Shown here: piece by piece, positions 61,101 through 64,000 of the stretch
How the letters are laid out: the number at the start of each line of letters is the position of its first letter
Numbering within the stretch: the first letter of the stretch is position 1
Source of the DNA: Euglena gracilis
Taxonomy: Eukaryota
Assembly (NCBI GenBank): GCA_039621445.1
Contig: CP154954.1
Span: forward strand, 8,124,634 to 8,188,633
Direction: 5' to 3'
Length of the DNA stretch: 64,000 bases
The notes under the pieces: generated by a model
Database searches by the model: none
What the model saw: the letters and a program-made list of their open reading frames with translations, nothing else
What the model was told of the DNA's origin: nothing
Position numbers and translations under genes: made by a program

Positions 61101-63388
61101 CCCAAAATAAGGTCCCCCCTGCCGGCGCGAAGCGCCGGATTTTTGAAAAATGGGACATTTTGGGGGGGTAAAAAATGCCATTTTGGGACAGTTTTCACAC
61201 ACACCTACGACCGCCCCCTCATCTATGACCACCCCCCGGTCACAGGTTGCAGGTTAGGGGGGTGTTATGACCACCCCCCCCGGTCACAGGTTGCAGGAAC
61301 CCGGTCATACGACTAGGGGGGGGGGGTAGGTGCCCTGGTGCCATGTTTTGCTGAGAATTGTTTCTCTTTGCTTCTGCCACAGGGTTTTTTGCATCATCTA
61401 CGTCATACATCAGTTTTCAGGGCCCAGGGGCTGATTGCTGGGGGGCTGGGTGAGAAATTTGGACCGCTGGCAACCTGGGGATGGAACCCCTGGCCACTGC
61501 GCTAAAACAAGCACAGAGCAGCATCGTCTTGTATTCTGATTTCGGAATTGTTTGGGTCTTTTGCTTTTTTTCTTCGATTTTCGGGTAGTTTCTCCCCTTT
61601 TGGCACACCGTACACACAACCCTGTGACAAAGGTAGATTCCAGCTGTGCTTGCCTTTCTGTCAGTTACCCCGCCGGGATCGTTCCAGGTGGGGCTGCACT
61701 CAGCGGAACGGAAGCCTGGGGGCCGGGGGTCATCTTCATCCTGGGCCTGAACTTCGCCATCCAGGATATGGAGCAGGGCGTCCGTCGCTTGTGTCGAAGG
61801 CCCCCCAGCCCCAGGGCCGGGATCAATAGGACTTGGCCAGTGGTTAATGGGTTTGCAGAAGGAGGGGGGGCTGAGAAAAATGGGGTGGGCAGTGACACAC
61901 CCTCTGCCATGGAGGACCAGGCAGCGTGACAGATGAACCACGCCATTATGCCCCAAGCAGCAGCCATTGAAGTTGTGGGGAAAAGCCTGCGGAGGGAAAC
62001 TGGCTGTGTCGTGTTGTGTATGTGTGGGTGTGCTGGACCAATGCACACAAGGGGAGGATGCCCGGGATCAAGGAGGGGGGCTGCCTTTTTTTTTCAGTTC
62101 GGTTGACCCCCGGGGAGGTGCCGCGCCAGCAGACTGCTTTTTTTGTAATTGGCAGTTTTTTTTTTGCTTGTTTGTGCGGGAGATGTTTGGCCCTGGGTTG
62201 AGCTCAGTTCCAGCTGGGGGACTCCCAGGGTTGGGGATTGTTATGCCCCCCCCCCCCGCCAGGCATTACATTAAACCCTACTGGGGAGAGGAGGGGGTCC
62301 AGCCAGCAGCTTTTTCAGCCTACCCCCCAGGGGTCAGGGGTCGGCAAGCGACACCCTGGTGCAGATGACCTCACGAATTCGGACAACGCGGTGGGCGCTG
62401 CCAGCACCCTCTGGGTCTCCCTCATGGGGGTCCCCCTCGCCGTGCTGTGCAACGTCATCACGTTTGTGGCCATCGAGTGCAGTAATTGTGCCAACCTTAC
62501 TTCTGCCGCTCGCATGGTGTGCGGTCGATGCATTGTTGTGTTTTTCCCAGTCAGCTTTTATGATTGCAGTTCTGGTGATGAAAGCATGTCGAACCACGAA
62601 GTTGGATCACGTCCGGGGCAGAGGGAAAAGCTGGCATCCTTTTGGCCAGCGACTGGGAAGGCAAATGTTTGCTATTGGCAAATTGTTGCCAACTGGCAGG
62701 ATGGGCCAGCTCGCCCTGGTGCATCCACTGTTTTTGCAGTTTATTTTTTGCTTTTTTTTGCTCCAGGCAGCTGTTCTGTGCGCGCAGGTCTGTTTTCCCC
62801 AGCTCCGCTGTCCCGGTTCTGTTACACGTCAATCGGGGGACGGGTCCCCGTCCGGGCCAGCTTTTCCATCCCCCTTTCTGGCCTCGCAACGACATGCTCG
62901 GCGCGCTGTTTGCCAGGCATGTGCTGCTTTGGGTCCTCGCCTGCTGTTTTGTGCCATGTGGCAGTTTTTGTTTTTTTTGCTTTCGGGCTGTGTCTGCCGC
63001 TCATTTTTTCCGCGATGTGCCGCTGGCTTCTAGTCAACCTGATCATAACGCATAACAATGATTGAACTTTTGCACTGACGACATGTGTATGTATATATAT
63101 TGGACAGATATATATGTATGGAAGAATGCTGGCTGCTCTGGGGGCAGCATTTTTCCAGATTGCTTGCAAATCTTTGTTTTTCAGTTCCAGTCAGAAATTA
63201 GCCCTTTGCAAAGTCGCCGTGTTCTTTGCGCTGGAGCCCAGTCCTCGTTGGCCTCCTACATCATCGCCATCTTTCTGCGAATCACGGTGAGCCGCCCAGA
63301 GGTTTCTTTTCCGGTAATGTTCAGTCGGAAGAGGAGGCAAAGAAACCCCTGGAGCGGGCACACGTTCGTACCAGCTGAGTTCAACCTC
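49179..63388 (+). CDS. APC-superfamily amino-acid permease (ACT family, GABA/choline permease or BAT1-like); multi-exon, incomplete at both ends
   Basis: Phase-consistent exons ~49179-49356, 51901-51943, 52983-53033, 53712-53761, 54034-54193, 57056-57106, 57536-57670, 58059-58167, 60780-60823, 61725-61770, 62364-62516, poorly bounded pieces in 62780-63141, ~63234-63293 and 63357-63388 give LAQLGYKQE, GGPAVMLWSW, SLAEICAAYPTMGALYFWA, WTAGWCNLLGQ, GYDTASHVAEET, SAARM and SYIIAIFLRITVSRHTFVPAEFNL. Confidence 0.9.
49357..51900 (+). other. Conventional GT-AG intron
   Basis: gtgtgt...ctctttcccaacag; joins TG/GPAV. Confidence 0.85.
51944..52982 (+). other. Non-conventional (intermediate, AG-ending) intron
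   Basis: 5' ggccaaatcattgcttg pairs with 3' caagcaatggcatggcc; ends in AG but lacks GT. Confidence 0.75.
53034..53711 (+). other. Non-conventional intron (CAG +4, CTG -8)
   Basis: aacCAGggtatcatgg...ccatgcagccCTGcccgc; restores YPT/MGALY. Confidence 0.88.
53209..53629. mobile_element. hAT-like MITE, CAG...CTG termini, perfect 8-bp TSD, inside a non-conventional intron
   Basis: ggctgatt|caggcatttgcttaagg...ccttaagcaaaagcctg|ggctgatt. Confidence 0.92.
53762..54033 (+). other. Non-conventional (intermediate, GT-starting) intron
   Basis: gtcCAGgat...atcCTGttgt; restores EWG/PFSAW; exact junction slightly ambiguous. Confidence 0.75.
54615..55137. mobile_element. hAT-like MITE (copy 2 of 41727-42202)
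   Basis: Same CATACATCTCT/AGAGATGTATG ends; flanks ctgggggg / ctgggggt (7/8). Confidence 0.88.
55627..55764. mobile_element. Short CAG...CTG MITE with degenerate 8-bp TSD
   Basis: ggtgctgg|cagggatttt...aaaaccccctg|ggtgccgc (6/8). Confidence 0.65.
56534..56983. mobile_element. CAG...CTG MITE with ttgcattttt internal repeats and a 7-bp flanking duplication
   Basis: gctagtg|cag-Gn-aatgcaacttg...caagttgcatt-Cn-ctg|gctagtg. Confidence 0.85.
57107..57535 (+). other. Non-conventional intron (CAG +4, CTG -8)
   Basis: gggCAGgcagctttttcgcca...tgggcaaaaattgcCTGtgtgc; restores MLT/GLCY. Confidence 0.88.
57671..58058 (+). other. Non-conventional intron (CAA +4, TTG -8)
   Basis: accCAAgcagcaacttca...tgaagtgtttctgcTTGtgtcc; restores TGFT/SNIY. 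Confidence 0.85.
58168..60779 (+). other. Non-conventional intron
   Basis: accCAGgacattgga...tccaaccgttCTGttcc; restores HNS/TPLAM. Confidence 0.75.
60824..61724 (+). other. Non-conventional intron
   Basis: ggaCAGgcttc...gaagcCTGggggcc; restores CLVL/GVIF. Confidence 0.78.
60917..61326. mobile_element. MITE with TA target duplication
   Basis: ta|Cn-tagtcgtacgacc...ggtcatacgacta-Gn|ta; internal tatgaccaccccccggtcacaggttgcagg repeats. Confidence 0.85.
61771..62363 (+). other. Non-conventional intron (CAG +4, CTG -8)
   Basis: gagCAGggcgtccgtcgcttg...caagcgacaccCTGgtgca; restores IQDM/DDLT. Confidence 0.85.
63294..63356 (+). other. Minimal 63-nt non-conventional intron (CAG +4, CTG -8)
   Basis: gccCAGaggtttctt...aagaaacccCTGgagcg; restores ITVSR/HTFVP. 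Confidence 0.8.
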
Positions 63389-63750
63389 AGCCAGGGGTTG
63401 CCGCCTTGAGCGGTGAGCATTTAATCACTTAGTCACTGGCTGACCCAGCAGTGATTGGGACTGGCTTTTCAGAGTGAACGACTGGTTTCTGGCCCTAATC
63501 CCACCCCTCGGGGGTTGGGAAAAAACCACTGAAGTCACCCTGCACCGAAGGCACCAGAAAAAGTCTTTGGGTAGTTTTTTCCCCCACATTTTCGGTCATT
63601 TTCCCCTTGGATTCCAGAGTGTCTTCCAAGGAATAAAAGACTGACTGGTTTTTGGAAGAGTGGAACCCGGGGGTCAGTGATGGGAAATTGCATGGCTGTG
63701 AGTGGATGCTCTACGCTCCTGGTCCCAGAAAATTTGGAATCCTCATTTTT

Positions 63751-63865
63751 GGTTACCTGGAGCCTCCAGGGAGGCTCCCTGGAGGCTGGTTACCTGAGCC
63801 TCCCTGGAGGCTGGTTACCTGAGCCTCCCTGGTTACCCGCCTCCCTGGAGCCTCCGGCAGGTAAC
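63751..63865 (+). repeat. Short tandem repeat ggttacctgagcctccctggaggct, about 4 degenerate copies
   Basis: Direct reading; the unit contains an agcctcc/ggaggct hairpin. Confidence 0.8.
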
Positions 63866-64000
63866 CAATTTTGTACACAGGCCATGTTCGACACTCCACC
63901 TCTGCATCACAGCACCACAGCACAGAGCATGCACACCTGTCTCTTGTGACCTCAATGGCACCTGCATGGCAATTGCACCTGGACAGTTTTGCGCATTTCT

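Noticed and set aside
62238-63065. 275-aa ORF as a single protein
   Set aside because: Only 62364-62516 and short later pieces match the permease; the rest is intronic read-through.
1-64000. rRNA, tRNA, spliced-leader RNA genes or an intact transposase
   Set aside because: No recognisable sequence or motif found by eye; a covariance-model and HMM scan would be needed to exclude them formally.

Overview
Repeat-rich eukaryotic nuclear DNA, most likely from a euglenid (inferred from its introns). The first 19 kb is a ~17.6-kb satellite (78-bp monomer plus a 34-bp subunit) enclosed by long terminal inverted repeats. Region 19-34 kb holds nested MITEs, a fragment of a CRE-like non-LTR retrotransposon, and several copies of an unclassified element carrying an orphan ORF and a PHD-finger gene. 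Two host genes could be pieced together by hand: a four-finger RanBP2-type zinc-finger gene (33.8-35.4 kb, possibly with a micro-exon at 371-403 and a 33.4-kb intron) and an APC-superfamily amino-acid permease (49.2 to >63.4 kb). Most of their introns are non-GT-AG, with base-paired ends and CAG at +4..+6 / CTG at -8..-6. Main observation: the window also contains young MITEs with CAG...CTG termini and perfect 8-bp target-site duplications (TSDs). The intron geometry (3 nt + CAG...CTG + 5 nt) equals one such element plus one 8-bp TSD, and several introns retain 6/8-matching TSD remnants. This points to a transposon-derived intron-generating (introner) system. All splice models were made by eye and need transcript support. 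No rRNA, tRNA or CRISPR features were found.
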